Positions 48,891 to 62,580 of a stretch of 64,000 nt of DNA are shown here, piece after piece. The DNA is taken from assembly GCF_009914755.1 (NCBI RefSeq), contig NC_060927.1; one strand, written 5' to 3'. A program made the position numbers and the translations under genes. The stretch is from the human T2T-CHM13v2.0 reference genome, Homo sapiens. Under the pieces are notes generated by a model. The model searched no databases. It saw only the letters and a program-made list of their open reading frames with translations, and was not told the DNA's origin. Position 1 is the first letter of the stretch. The number at the start of each line of letters is the position of its first letter.

Positions 48891-49643
48891 CTGAGTATGG
48901 TGTTGGAGCCTATAGGAAAAGAAGCTCAGGGCCTGGCTGGGGGAAAGGCAGGGGTCTGATGGCAGAGAAGGGTGCCCGGGAGGGACAGGCAGTGTGTCCA
49001 GGGCTTGAAGGATGGCCTGGCAGAGACCCAAGTGACAGGCGGTTTGGCCTCTGTCCCCCCATGGCCCCTCCCAGCCTCGGTATTTCCGGGGCCTCCGTGG
49101 TGGCTGAAGAGGCCACTTGGCTTGGACCTGCTGCTGTCACTCACTCCTCATCTGCCCAGACCCAAGGGGGAAGGGCAGATCTTGTCTGCTCTGTCAGTGC
49201 CCACAGCCCAGGGCCAGCTGCTCCTCTGACAGCACACCCCGCCCGGATGCCTCCAGAAGCCCAAACCCAACCTGCCCCTTCATTGCAGTCCCAGTGTGCT
49301 GGACCTGCCAGCCTTCCCCAGCCTCTTGCTGCCTAGACCCAGCTCCACATAGGATGCGGTAGAAAGAAACAGCCTGCACAGGGGCGTGGAGCCTGTCCGG
49401 AGGTGGCTGGAGATTCCTGAAGCCTAAGGAGTTGTAGGCTTCCTCCGCTGCCCTCCTGCTGCAGGGCCTGGAGTCAGCAGGGGCCAAGCCTGTTTCTCAC
49501 CTGCACTTCCCAGGGCCTGCCCACAGTGTCAGGGTGGAGGAACAATAACTGAGCCTGCAGAGAATGTGGGGCCTGGGGGTTCCTAACCATTCTGGGACAC
49601 GGCCTTCCTAGAAAATCTGGTGAGGACTAGAGGCTGCGTATCA

Positions 49644-50069
<426 letters not shown>

Positions 50070-50606
50070 CTAGGTGAAGTCCTGCTCCTGAGTCTTGGCA
50101 GGGACATTGCCTTGCTAGGAGTCCTTCCAGGGGAGCAGGATTCTGGCCGCAGAGGCTGGGTGCGAGATAGCAGTGAGGAGAGCTCTCTGGAGCTGAGGAG
50201 GGTCTGAAAGACTGAGGAAGTTCAGGCCTGTGACACACAGGAAGATGGCCACAGACCAGGAAGCCCGTAGGTAGGGGTTTAACTGCAGCTTCTCCACACT
50301 CCACCTGTGTGACTTTGAGGCAAGTGAAGTTATTGTGTAGGAATAATAGATACCCCACCAGGACTGTGGGAGGATTGAAAAGCTATGCTGCATGCCAGGC
50401 AGGCAGGAGGGGCTCAGGAAGTGTTGGTTCCCCTTGGGACCGCAGTCCTTAGATGACAAAGAGGGGCACGAGGGTTGGCAGTGCGCACATAGGAGCTTCA
50501 GGGCTTTGTTTTTAGTGGCTACCACAAAGGGCCTTCTTTCTCCATCCCATAGTTTCCTCCTTGAATCACTGTTGCCTTGTGGCTCCCTCAACCTGGAACT
50601 CCCATC

Positions 50607-51159
<553 letters not shown>

Positions 51160-53451
51160 TAGGAACTCCCACCTTTACCTTGAACTTGTAGCGAGCTCAT
51201 CTCAGTTCTCAAGTGTCATCTGCTCTATGAAGGCCTGTAGAGTCCCTGGGAGAACTAACTCCCCTGGGAGGGAGGCTGGGGATGTGTTATTGTTCCTATT
51301 TTCCAGAAAATCGAGACTCTGAGAGGTTGGTTGACTTGCCTGAGGTCACTCAGCAGCAGAATCAGGACTAACATTCCAGGTAACGGCCTCCACTGTCCAG
51401 CATCTGCCATGTGCTGGGCCCTGCACTGGGTCCTTTGCATATGTGAGCTTGTTGCATTTCTACCAGAACCTAAGTGGCTTGGCTCCAGGTCCACATTCTT
51501 TCCCAACATCACACTGCCTCTCAAAGACAAGGATGGAAAACCACGTTTCCAGGGCTCTTTTAAAATCTTCTTCCTTTGTGAAGAATGTTGTCAGCCATCA
51601 GCCAACACCACTTACTCAGAGCTCTGGGCGTGGACTAATGAAGGACACTGTCCTCGTCCTCGCCTGGGCAGAATGCAGGCTCTGAGGGCGGCCAGACCTG
51701 CAGCCAGCCCTCCAGGGGGAAAAGGGAGTGAGAGAGGACAAACTGCATCTCACAGGAGTCTTGCCCTCCTGCTGGTTCTGCCACTAACCAGCCCTGGGGC
51801 CTTGAGGAAGGGATGCCCCTCTGGCCTCAGTTTCTCTATTTGCACCACAAGGAGCTGGAGGCATAAGGTTTTCTAAGAGCACTCCGGCCCTGGGATTCTA
51901 GGATTCTGCGACTTCTGAGAGTGCCTTGGGCTAGCTATGCCTGGGTGCAGGGAGGTGGTGATCAGCGGGGATTCTCATGGAAAAGGTGCCTCGGTCTGCC
52001 TTAATCTTGTGGTTTCATTGTCTGCCAGAGCTCAGAACTCAGGAGGGGGGAGCTCCGCTGGGATAAGGGGAGCCCTGGTTGAAGATGATTTACAAAGGGA
52101 AGCTGTGCGCAGGTTAGCGGGGCCCGACGGTGTGCTGGGGGGAACAGGCAGATGTGCTCCTTCGGCTGGCAGATGTTATTTCTTAAGAACTTCTGAAGGC
52201 AGAGTCCTGCGGGGAGGGAATCTTATGGTCTTGTCTCTCCTATGACCTAATTTAATCATCCCACCTGATCTATTAGGGGAGCATATTGCCCCCTACTTCC
52301 CACCCCGTGTCTCCCCGTATTCCCCCATCCCAGCTCAGCAGTCCATCAGGTAGTGGAAGTAAGGTCACCTGGCTGGGACATAGTGGGGCAGAGATGCAAA
52401 CACAGGCCCGCTGGTGTCAGTGGCCAGGTGCCATCCACTGTGCCATGCCACCCACACCTCATCTCCATTAGGGAGGAGTGCAAATCACAGAACCGGCAGT
52501 TGAATTCTAGTACCAAGGAAACTCAGAGAAGGAAACCTCACATGAAAGGGTTGCAAACTGAATACCGGTGTGCCTCAGTTTAAGCAAATCCAATATACCC
52601 AAATCTAAAAATAGCTCCTTCTATTGGAGCTCTTTCCCATATGAATTCATTCCCATACGAAAATGAATCACTGGTTCTTTTCTTCAAGAAGCCAACTCTA
52701 TTAGTGCATTAAAATACAATTCAAGTTGCCAAATGTGATTTCATATACAACCCTCCTCCCGACCCCCACCCCCAATATACTTCTCACTCCTGATCCCAAA
52801 GGAACACTCCGCCTTTCATAAAGAGAGGTTCGCCGGCAGTGAGCGGGGCTGGAAACCAACATGGCAAACACATGTCCAGGATTTTCTGAGACTGGCTCAC
52901 TTTCTAATATTAGGTTTCCATTGTCCCATAAGAACACTTGGAACTTGGGGCCTTGGGGACTGATGTTTTGGTTGGTACAATAAGGTCACCCGGAAGAGGA
53001 GGATGCTGTCCTGTCAAACCCATTTTCTACCCTGGCAGGCCTGGTCAGAGGGCAAGCTGGTCAGAGAGGGTGGTGACGGTGGGGAGCCCAGAGGCAAGCC
53101 TATGAGGCGGGGGGAGCCACGTGGGGTGAGGGATTTGAGGTATGGGGTGAGTCAGCTGAGAGAGTCAGCATCTTGGGTTCCTGGGATCGATTAGCGAGCA
53201 AGCCACGCAAAGCAGGCGGGCTGAAAAGATGCAGGCTCCCTCCATGGGCTCTCTCTGCATGGGAAGCAGGCGGGCGGGGCCCTGGAAGGTGGCCAGGGAA
53301 GAGCAGCTCCATGATTAAAGGGTTGGAGACCAGGACTTTTGAAGCGAGACCAGGATGGCTGGTTATTTGCGCATTCATCTCTGGGCCCTGCCTCTACCCC
53401 ACCCCACTCCACCACCCAGCAACTCAGACCTGCAGCCCAGCCCTGGACCCC

Positions 53452-53548
53452 ATACTGAGCCCTGGGAGGTGGGAGAAGAAGACAAGGATTTCCAAAACGT
53501 TGACTGAACACCTGGGGAGTGGTGGCAGGGGCTTTAACACACCAACAT
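53452..53548 (+). repeat. Left arm of a 97-bp inverted duplication
   Basis: Matches the reverse complement of 54392-54488 at 89/97 positions with a 39-bp perfect core. Confidence 0.95.
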
Positions 53549-53893
53549 CATGAATCCCCCCAACAAGCCCATGGGGCAGGAGACACTAGCTCCGTTTTTA
53601 CAAGTGTTCAACAAGAGTTGAAAACAAGAGTTGAAATTATTTGCTTAAAGTCACATAGCCAAATGGAATAAGATCCCAGATCTTCTGATTCTACCTCATT
53701 AGAGCAAAAGCAGAAGTGACAGAAGAAGGCTGGAGTCCAAGGGCGAGGGTGCGGGCAGGGAAACCTGAACGAGCCCCTCCAGGGACTGCGTTATTTCCCC
53801 AGGGTTGTTTACGTGTGAAAGGGTCGTTCTCAAAACAGGAACAGTAGTGAGGTTGCTGTTCTTTACTGAGTACCTATTACCTTTGTGGCATTC

Positions 53894-54197
53894 TTTTTTT
53901 TTTTTTTTTTTTTTTTGAGACGGAGTCTCGCTCTGTCACCCAGGCTGGAGTGCAGTGGCGCGATCTCGGCTCACTGCAAGCTCTGCCTGCTGGGTTCACA
54001 CTTCTCCTGCCTCAGCCTCCCGAGTAGCTGGGACTACAGGCACCCGCCACCATGCCTGATTAATTTTTTTGTATTTTTAGTAGAGACAGGGTTTCACCCT
54101 GTTAAGCCAGGATGGTCTCGATCTCTTGACCTCGTGATCCGCTGGCCTCAGCCTCCCAAAGTGCAGGGATTACAGGCGTGAGCCACCATGCCTGGCC
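53894..54197 (-). mobile_element. AluY-like SINE
   Basis: ctgcaagctc, gccaggatggtctcgatc; TSD tac(c/g)tttgtggcattct. Confidence 0.93.
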
Positions 54198-54391
54198 TAC
54201 GTTTGTGGCATTCTAATCTTTACAACGATTTCCCAGGGTAAGTATTATAATCCCCATTTTACTGATGAGGAAACAGAGACTCAGAGACTCGCCCACAGTC
54301 AGGGAACTAATAAAGGGCAGAAGGGTTTGTTCTGCCTTCCATCCCCGCACCGCCCTCTGCACACCCGCATATGGTTGCTGGAGCTGCCTAC

Positions 54392-54488
54392 ATGTTGGTG
54401 TGTTAAAGCTCCTGCCGCCACACCCCAGGTGTTCAGTCAACGTTTTGGAAATCCTTGTCTTGTTCTCCCACTGCCCAGGGCCCAGCAT
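54392..54488 (-). repeat. Right arm of the 97-bp inverted duplication
   Basis: Reverse complement of 53452-53548 (89/97 identity). Confidence 0.95.
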
Positions 54489-55158
54489 AGCTCTTATCTA
54501 TGGGAAGGGAGTTTAGGGAGGGACCCGGGAGTCATTCTGAGAATGTCCTTAGAGCATAGGAGGGTTGCCCCAGGAGGCTGCTGACTGACTAGCTGTATTC
54601 CAGCTCCCCAGGCCAATTCACGGCCAGGCTTTGGCTCGTGCTGTTTCCTTCTTGCATTTGTTTTCATGTCAAATCCTACCCATCCTTGAGGACTGGACGC
54701 CGATGACTCTTCTTCATAACTCCCCGCTGATCTCCTAACCAGAGCTGTGCACCCCCTCCCTCAACTCTCTGTCTGCCTTTCATGTAGCAGGTAGGACCTG
54801 GGGCCTCCCCTATTTATCTGGCTCAAATGGTTGGAAGAGAGAGGGTGGGTTATGTTTAAGGAAGTGCTTCCTGGATGAAATTTCAGAGTGGGGATTCTTG
54901 AGTCCCAATCTGGGAAGCTTGAGTGAGTCATAGAGAAATGCTGCTCTTGGTGAGTTGAGTGTGGGGACAGCCTGCCCCCACTCCCAGCATCAGGCACAGG
55001 TACAGACCCGGCGGGGCCTCTGCTTTCCCTCACCTTCCTCACAGTCCTGCAGTGTTCCTGTGCATGTGGAGGCCTGGAGATTCGTGCTGGCCACACCAAA
55101 ACCCTTCCTCTTAATGCTGCGTATCTGTGGCTCCTACATGGTGTTATAGGAAGAATTC

Positions 55159-55615
<457 letters not shown>

Positions 55616-56624
55616 TCAATAATAGAGGGTCCCTGCCTTTAGGAAGCTGACAGTCTAGAGAGGGACACAGCCAAAGAAACAGATTGCTGTAAGTCAATGC
55701 AGTTATTTCTGCAATAGAAAGATGAACAGCACCACACTGAGAGGAAATGAGGAGAATCAGAGGATACAGTGACCAACCCTGCCGGGGGCAGTCGGATGAA
55801 ACCTTACAGAAGAAGTGACGTGAAGCATCACGGGAGTTTGTCATACACAGAAGAGGATGGGAGCACTCGACTGTTGTTTACTTTGAGATTTGCTGGCTGG
55901 GGTGCATCACCTGAGCTCTATTCCTGCCTTCTGATAAGGACGTGCCCGAGGTTATTACTTGGCGTTCAGGGAGGGTCCTGGTACCCCTGTGGAAACTCAA
56001 CTCAGGCACCGTCTACATCCTGGCAAGGCTCAGTTAGAGGGCAGCTCACAAAAGAAATGGCTGGTGGGATAGGAACGGAAACCAGAGAAGGAGGCTGGAG
56101 GAGGGAGTTTCAGGAAGTAAATATTCAATAGCATTAAGTGCTACAGGGATCAGGAAAGATGAGGATGGTGAAAAATAAGACAACGTTTGGCATTGAGAAA
56201 AAAGACTGGAGGGAAATATAGCAGAATGCTCATGATGGTTGCCTCTGGGTGGTGTGAGGATGCATGCCTGATCCTTTTCCTGCTCCTATGGGCTGCTCTG
56301 CACTTGCCAAATTTTCTACAATGAGCATTTATTTGATAACCAAGAAATAGAACAATTGAAACTTGTTTAAAAAAGAAGTCATTGGTGACCTTGGCAGGAG
56401 TGGATTCAGTAGAGCTGTACCGACAAGCCAGATTGCAGGGCATTAAGAAAGTAGCAGGGGGTGAGGAAGCAGAAGAAGTGCGTGGAACACTCGGAGAGAG
56501 AGCTGGCAGGACATGGAAGGGCAGAGGCGGTTCCGGAGGCAGCCAGGCCAGGTAGGGATGTTTATTCTTAATTTAATGTGGGAGGGACTTTTGAAAGTGA
56601 TAAAATTTCCTGCATCAAAAATCA

Positions 56625-56996
<372 letters not shown>

Positions 56997-57189
56997 GGCA
57001 AAGAAGGAGAAAATTTATTGGAATTTCTAGGACTTTTCTGTGGATTGTAGAGACAACAGAAAAAAAGAATTATGAAAGTGGGATTGTCCTGGCAAATCTA
57101 GGCTTTGAGGTTGTTTATCGTGTGGGTTTCCAGTCAGAGGGGAAGGAACAAGTAAAGAAAAAGATAGAGAGGATGTTAAGAAACAGGGA

Positions 57190-57660
57190 AGACCCATGTT
57201 CACAGCGGCGTTATTCACAATAGACAAACGGTGGACGCAACCCAAGCACCCATCGATAGATGAATGGATCACCAAAATGTAGCACATATACACAATGGAA
57301 TATTATTCAGCCGTAAGAAGGAAGGGAATTCTGACACATGCCCCAACGTGGATGAACCTCGAGGACATTACGCCAAGGGAAATAAGCCAGCCACAAAAAG
57401 ACAAATACTGTATGATTCCATTTATATGAGGTATCTAAAACAGTCAGACTCATGGAAACAGCAGAATGGTGGTTGCCAGCGACTGAGGGAAGGAAGAATA
57501 GGAAGTTATTGTTGAACAGGTACAGAGTTTCAGTCTGGAAAATGAAAGTTCTGGAGACATTGTGATGACGGTTGCACAACAATCTATAACTTAGTGGCTA
57601 AGATAGTCAATTGTATATTATGTATACTTTAATCATAATTTAAACAAATTAAAAATAAAT
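57190..57660 (+). mobile_element. L1MB-like 3' end
   Basis: cccatgttcacagcggcgttattcacaatag...gatgaatggat...gacaaatactgtatgattccatttatatgagg...gaaagttctggaga. Confidence 0.9.
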
Positions 57661-57794
57661 AGGTAAGTAGAAAGAATTACCCCACTTCCCAGAGAAGTAG
57701 GGGAGAAGTGGGGAAGGAAGTCTTCCTGGATGGCAGGACCGTCCCTGAGTGTCCCAACAGGGATGGTTTTGGAAATGTGTAAAGAACACTTTTT

Positions 57795-58076
57795 GGCTAA
57801 GAGCAGTGGTTCATGCCTGTAATCCCAGCACTTTGGGGGACTGAGGTGGGTGGATCACCTGAGGTCAGGAGTTCGAGACCAACATGGCAAAACCCTGTCT
57901 CTACTAAAAATACAACAAATAATGGGGCGTGATGGCGGACGCCTGTAATCCCAGCTACTCTGGAGGCTGAGGCATGAGAATCGCTTGAACCCAGGAGGCG
58001 GAGGTTTCAGTGAGCAGAGATAGTGCCACTGCACTCCAGTCTGGGCGACAAGAGCGAAACTCCATCTCAAAAAAAC
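57795..58076 (+). mobile_element. AluS SINE
   Basis: Dimer with small internal deletion. Confidence 0.9.
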
Positions 58077-59074
58077 AGAACCCTATCTACCCAGAGCACA
58101 GAGTGAAGATGGGAAAGGGAGATACAGAAATAGAAGTGGAGGAGGGAACGGGAGTGAGCCCAAGCGCCCAGGTCTATCCCCACCTGCTATGGCTAAGGTT
58201 TAGAGAATAGGTTGGACTTATTCACCATTCGTTTGTTCAACGAGGTACAGTACTTCAGCACCAGCATACACATAGCGCCTTTGCGTGAATCAGAGAACAA
58301 ACACTACCTCTTTCCCAGGCAGATACAGTCTCCTGGGTGCAGGGCTTAGCTAGCAAACAATATCTCTGTGGGAGGGGGGAGTTCAACCCCTACCTGGCCA
58401 CTTGGCTGACAGCCTCTATATTATAAGCAACTTACACAGATGCATCATCAGCCCTGTGTACCAGGCACTGTGCTAGATTCTGCAGAGTTTTCTTAGCTAT
58501 AGAAGACCAGTCCGTGCTCTGAACTATCTAATGTTGCAAGTGTTGAAGGAGCCAGGGGAAGAGAGAGGAGGTCTTCGACAGCATGACCCTGAACCTCATG
58601 CACTTTGCTTCTGTGGGGTTCTAAGGCCAGGAAGCAGGGATGCAAAAGATGGCAGGAGGGACTGGACTTGGGCCTTCATTGCAAACCCAATGGCAGGTCA
58701 AGGCCACGGGGGTGTGGGGAGGGGCTGAAGGGGCTGACTTGGTGTCCAGGCTTGGGAGGAGCCCGGTTTGGCTGGGGAGGAAGGCACCTGGACACTACAC
58801 ACCTGTGTGAGGTGTGCAGGAAGTCTGCCTGCTGCCTGGAGAAGTCAACTTGCTGCTGGTCGCCTTAGGGAGGTGAAGCCTCTCCGTACTAAGCCTGGTA
58901 TACAGGGAGAGCCGGTCAACTTCGACTCCTCTGAATTATCCCTGGGGCAGAATGCCTGTAACCAATTTTAACCAGAGGCCGGCAGGCCTGGCTGCATCTG
59001 ATTTGTGCTGCCTTCCCCACTGTCAGCACAAGCAAGATAATGATCTTTGGGCTATCTATGACACGGGGTAACAG

Positions 59075-59270
59075 ACTTTTGAGTCGGAGAAAGCAGTGTT
59101 CAAATTCCAGCTCCACAATTTATAAGCTAAGTGATCCTGGATAAGTCTCAAGTTTCCCTACCTGTAAAATGGATTCAATTATACCATCCCCCTAGGAGTT
59201 GATAAAGATGGAATGTGTTGATGTTTATAAAACACCCAGCACAATGCCTGTACAAACTAACCAATGTTCA
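59075..59270 (+). mobile_element. MIR SINE
   Basis: gttcaaattccagctccac...gtttccctacctgtaaaatgg...cacccagcacaatgcctg. Confidence 0.75.
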
Positions 59271-59280
59271 GGGGATGTCA

Positions 59281-59283
<3 letters not shown>

Positions 59284-59330
<47 letters not shown>

Positions 59331-59343
59331 TCTCTCTCTCTCT
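59284..59343. repeat. (CA)n followed by (TC)n microsatellite
   Basis: Directly visible. Confidence 0.95.
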
Positions 59344-59664
59344 CACATGCACAAATACATGCGTGTGCACAACCACTTGGTTTGGGATGTCCACATCAGT
59401 GAGGTCTGACACCTGGCCCATATCATTGGGGCTGGTACAGGTGACGGGAAAGACTCTTATCTGCAGCAGAGAAATTCCTACTGTCCACTTGCTCGGAGGT
59501 CCCTCATCTCTCCTCTCTTCCTCTCCCAACCAGCAGGCTTAGAGACAGACCTCCTCTGCTGCCCACGGCACAGCCTCACAGAGCATGCCACATGCCGGAC
59601 ACGGCACCTCTCAGGCACTTATGCTGAAGTATGAGGTGGTATGCTGACTGGCACTGCAATGCAG

Positions 59665-61332
59665 TGAGGTACACCGTGGGGAGCTGAGCGGCCCTGGGAT
59701 GAATTGGGGTACACTGTGGGGAGCTGAGCGACCCTGGGATGAAGTGGGGTACGGTGTAGGGAGCTGAGGTACTTCATGATGAAGTGGGGGTACAGTGTGG
59801 GGAGCTGAGCTACCCCATGATGAAGTGGGGGTATGGTGTGGGGAGCTGAGCTACCCCATGATGAAGTGGGGTATGGTGTGGGAAGCTGAGGTACCCTGGG
59901 ATGAAGGAGGTACACTGTGGGGAGCTGAGGTACCCCATGATGAAGTGGGGTATGGTGTGGGCAGCTGAGGTACCCTGGGATGAAGGGGGTACACAGTGGG
60001 GAGCTGAGGTACTCCGTGATGAAGTGGGGAATGGTGTGGGGAGCGGAGGTGCCCATGATGAATGGAGTATGGTGTGGGGAGCTGAGGTACCCCATAATGA
60101 AGTGGGTATGGTGTGGGGAGCTGAGGTACCCTGGGATGAAGGGGGTACACTGTGGGGAGCTGAGCTACCCCATGATGAAGTGGGGTACAGTGTGGGGAGC
60201 TGAGATGCCCCATGATGAAATGGGGAACAGTGTGGGGAGCTGAGGTGCCCATGATGAATGGAGTATGGTGTGGGGAGCTGAGGTGCTCCATGATGAAGTG
60301 GGGTATGGTGTGGGGAGCTGAGGTACCCCATGATGAAGTGGGGCATGGTGTGGGGAGCTGAGGTGCCCCATGATGAAGTGGGGTACAGTGTGGGGAGCTG
60401 AGGCACCCATGATGGCGTATGGTGTGGGGAGCTGAGGTGCCCCATGATGAAGTGGGGCACAGTGTGGGGAGCTGAGGTACCCATGATGGAGTATGGTGTG
60501 GGGAGCTGAGGTGCCCCATGATGAAGTTGGGTACAGTGTGGGGAGATGAGGTACCCCATGATGAAGTGGGGCATGGTTGGGGAGCTGAGGAGGCCCATGA
60601 TGAAGTAGGGTAAGGTGTGGGGAGCTGAGGTACCCATGATGGAGTATGGTGTGGGGAGCTGAGGTGCCCCATGATGAAGTGGGGTACAGTGTGGGGAGCT
60701 GAGGTACCCATGATGGCATATGGTGTGGGGAGCTGAGGCGCTCCATGATGAAGTGGGGTATGGTGTGGGGAGCTGAGGTGCCCCATGATGAAATGGTGTA
60801 CGGTGTGGGGAGCTGAGGTACCCATGATGGTGTATGGTGTGGGGAGCTGAGGTGCCCCATGATGAAGTGGGGTATGGTGTGGGGAGCTGAGGTACCCATG
60901 ATGGAGTATGGTGTGGGGAACTGAGGTGCCCCATGATGAAATGGGGTACGGTGTGGGAAGCTGAGCTACCCATGATGGAGTATGGTGTGGGGAGCTGAGG
61001 TGCTCCATGATGAAGTGGGGTACAGTGTGGGGAGCTGAGGTACCCATGATGGAGTATGGTATGGGGAGCTGAGGTGCCCCATGATGAAGTTGGGTACAGT
61101 GTGGGGAGATGAGGTACCCCATGATGAAGTGGGGCATGGTTGGGGAGCTGAGGAGGCCCATGATGAAGTAGGGTACGGTGTGGGAAGCTGAGCTACCCAT
61201 GATGGAGTATGGTGTGGGGAGCTGAGGTGCTCCATGATGAAGTGGGGTACAGTGTGGGGAGCTGAGGTACCCCATGATGAAGTGGGGCACACCGTGGCAG
61301 GTGAGTACCCCAGGATGTAGTGGAGTACAGTG
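59665..61332. repeat. G-rich minisatellite (VNTR), roughly 40 units of ~40 bp and ~34 bp
   Basis: Long unit gtgtggggagctgaggtaccccatgatgaagtggggtatg; short unit gtgtggggagctgaggtacccatgatggagtatg. Confidence 0.97.
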
Positions 61333-62289
61333 GTAAATGGAGGCTCACTGGTGAGGGCAGATGCTCTGTTGAGAAGCAGTGCTACCTTCTGCTTCATAAC
61401 CCTGCCTTCTCTTCCTGCCTCTACTACTCCACTTTCAAATTAGACATCGCTGCTCAGGATTCCTTCCCTAGAAATCGACCTAAAATACCTCTCCTACAGA
61501 CATGACCCTGAGGACAACCAGTGGCTTCTCACCTGGGGTCCTCGCTCCCAGCACTGTGTGCTGCTGGGTGAGAGTTCCCTTTGTGCAGAGCCCACTTACC
61601 ACGTGTTGGATGGATGCGTCCATTAAGGATGGGATGGATGGAGTACAGGAGTCCATTTCGCACACATTTCCTGAGGTCTTCGAGGTGTCATGCACCTGCT
61701 GGCCTCTGGGGATCAGACGGGAATATAAACTGGTCCCTGTTCTCAAGGAGCTCACACAGGCCCCCGGCTTCACCTGGGCTAAGAGGTATGACCCACACAC
61801 TTATTCAGTGTAGGGGACAGGCCACCAGCTCTGCCTTGGTAAGCCGGGGAAGGCTCGACAGAGTTGGTAATCTCCGAAGTGGGCTTTGGAGGAGGCATAT
61901 GAGTGGAGGACCACGGAACAGGCATTTTAGGCTGGCTGTCAGTGGCTTCAGGAGGTTCTGACTTGGTGGGAGATACGTCCTATAGAGGTTCTCCAAAGAC
62001 CCACAGTGCCATGCTGATTTTCTGAAATCCAGTGGGACTTAGGTAGGGTGACAAGGGCAGTGATGGAGCTACAGTTGTGTCCATTTAGAGGGAAGTAAGA
62101 GTGAGGATGGTCAGAGAACCTGGCTACACCCAGCTCTTGCAGTCATAATCGATTCCTTTCCAGTCAAAGAGGGTGGGAGAGTGGTTTTTCTCCCTCAGAC
62201 AGAAGGATGAGGCTAGGAGGGAGGAGCTGGGTGGGCCGGGCGTGGACCAGCTTGGCCCTGGTGGACCTGCAGTTGGGCGGGAGGATGCT

Positions 62290-62580
62290 GGTTATTTGAC
62301 TACAATGTATATTTAAAGGTCTCAGTTACAATGGGCCCCGGGCGCTCTGTAACAAGCTGCAGCTGTCCCATTGCTCATTAGCTTTCCTAACATCTTCTCG
62401 GGGCTGGTCCTGGGAGAGCAGCCCCCAAGCTCCTCCCTGTGGGCCGGGGCCCTGAAAAGCTGACTTTTTGCCCCCAGCCTCAGAGCTGCCATGATGAATG
62501 GCGCTGCTGCCCCGTGCAGACAAACGTCTTCCAGGAACAAGCCCCGTTTGTTTAAATCAAATGATCACCATCTTCTCTGG
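62290..62580. promoter_or_regulatory. Candidate enhancer or conserved non-coding element
   Basis: Repeat-free; SOX-type ACAATG at 62302 and 62328, CATTA, PBX-HOX-type TGATGAATGG at 62492-62501, TTTAAATCA. Confidence 0.4.

Noticed and set aside
59665-61332. CRISPR-like array (hairpin-containing repeats)
   Set aside because: No unique spacers, no cas genes and a primate context; it is a contiguous tandem repeat.
59619-61397. Long minus-strand ORFs (479, 387, 244 aa)
   Set aside because: They are translations of the VNTR, whose minus strand lacks stop codons; open in several frames and cycling the same peptides.
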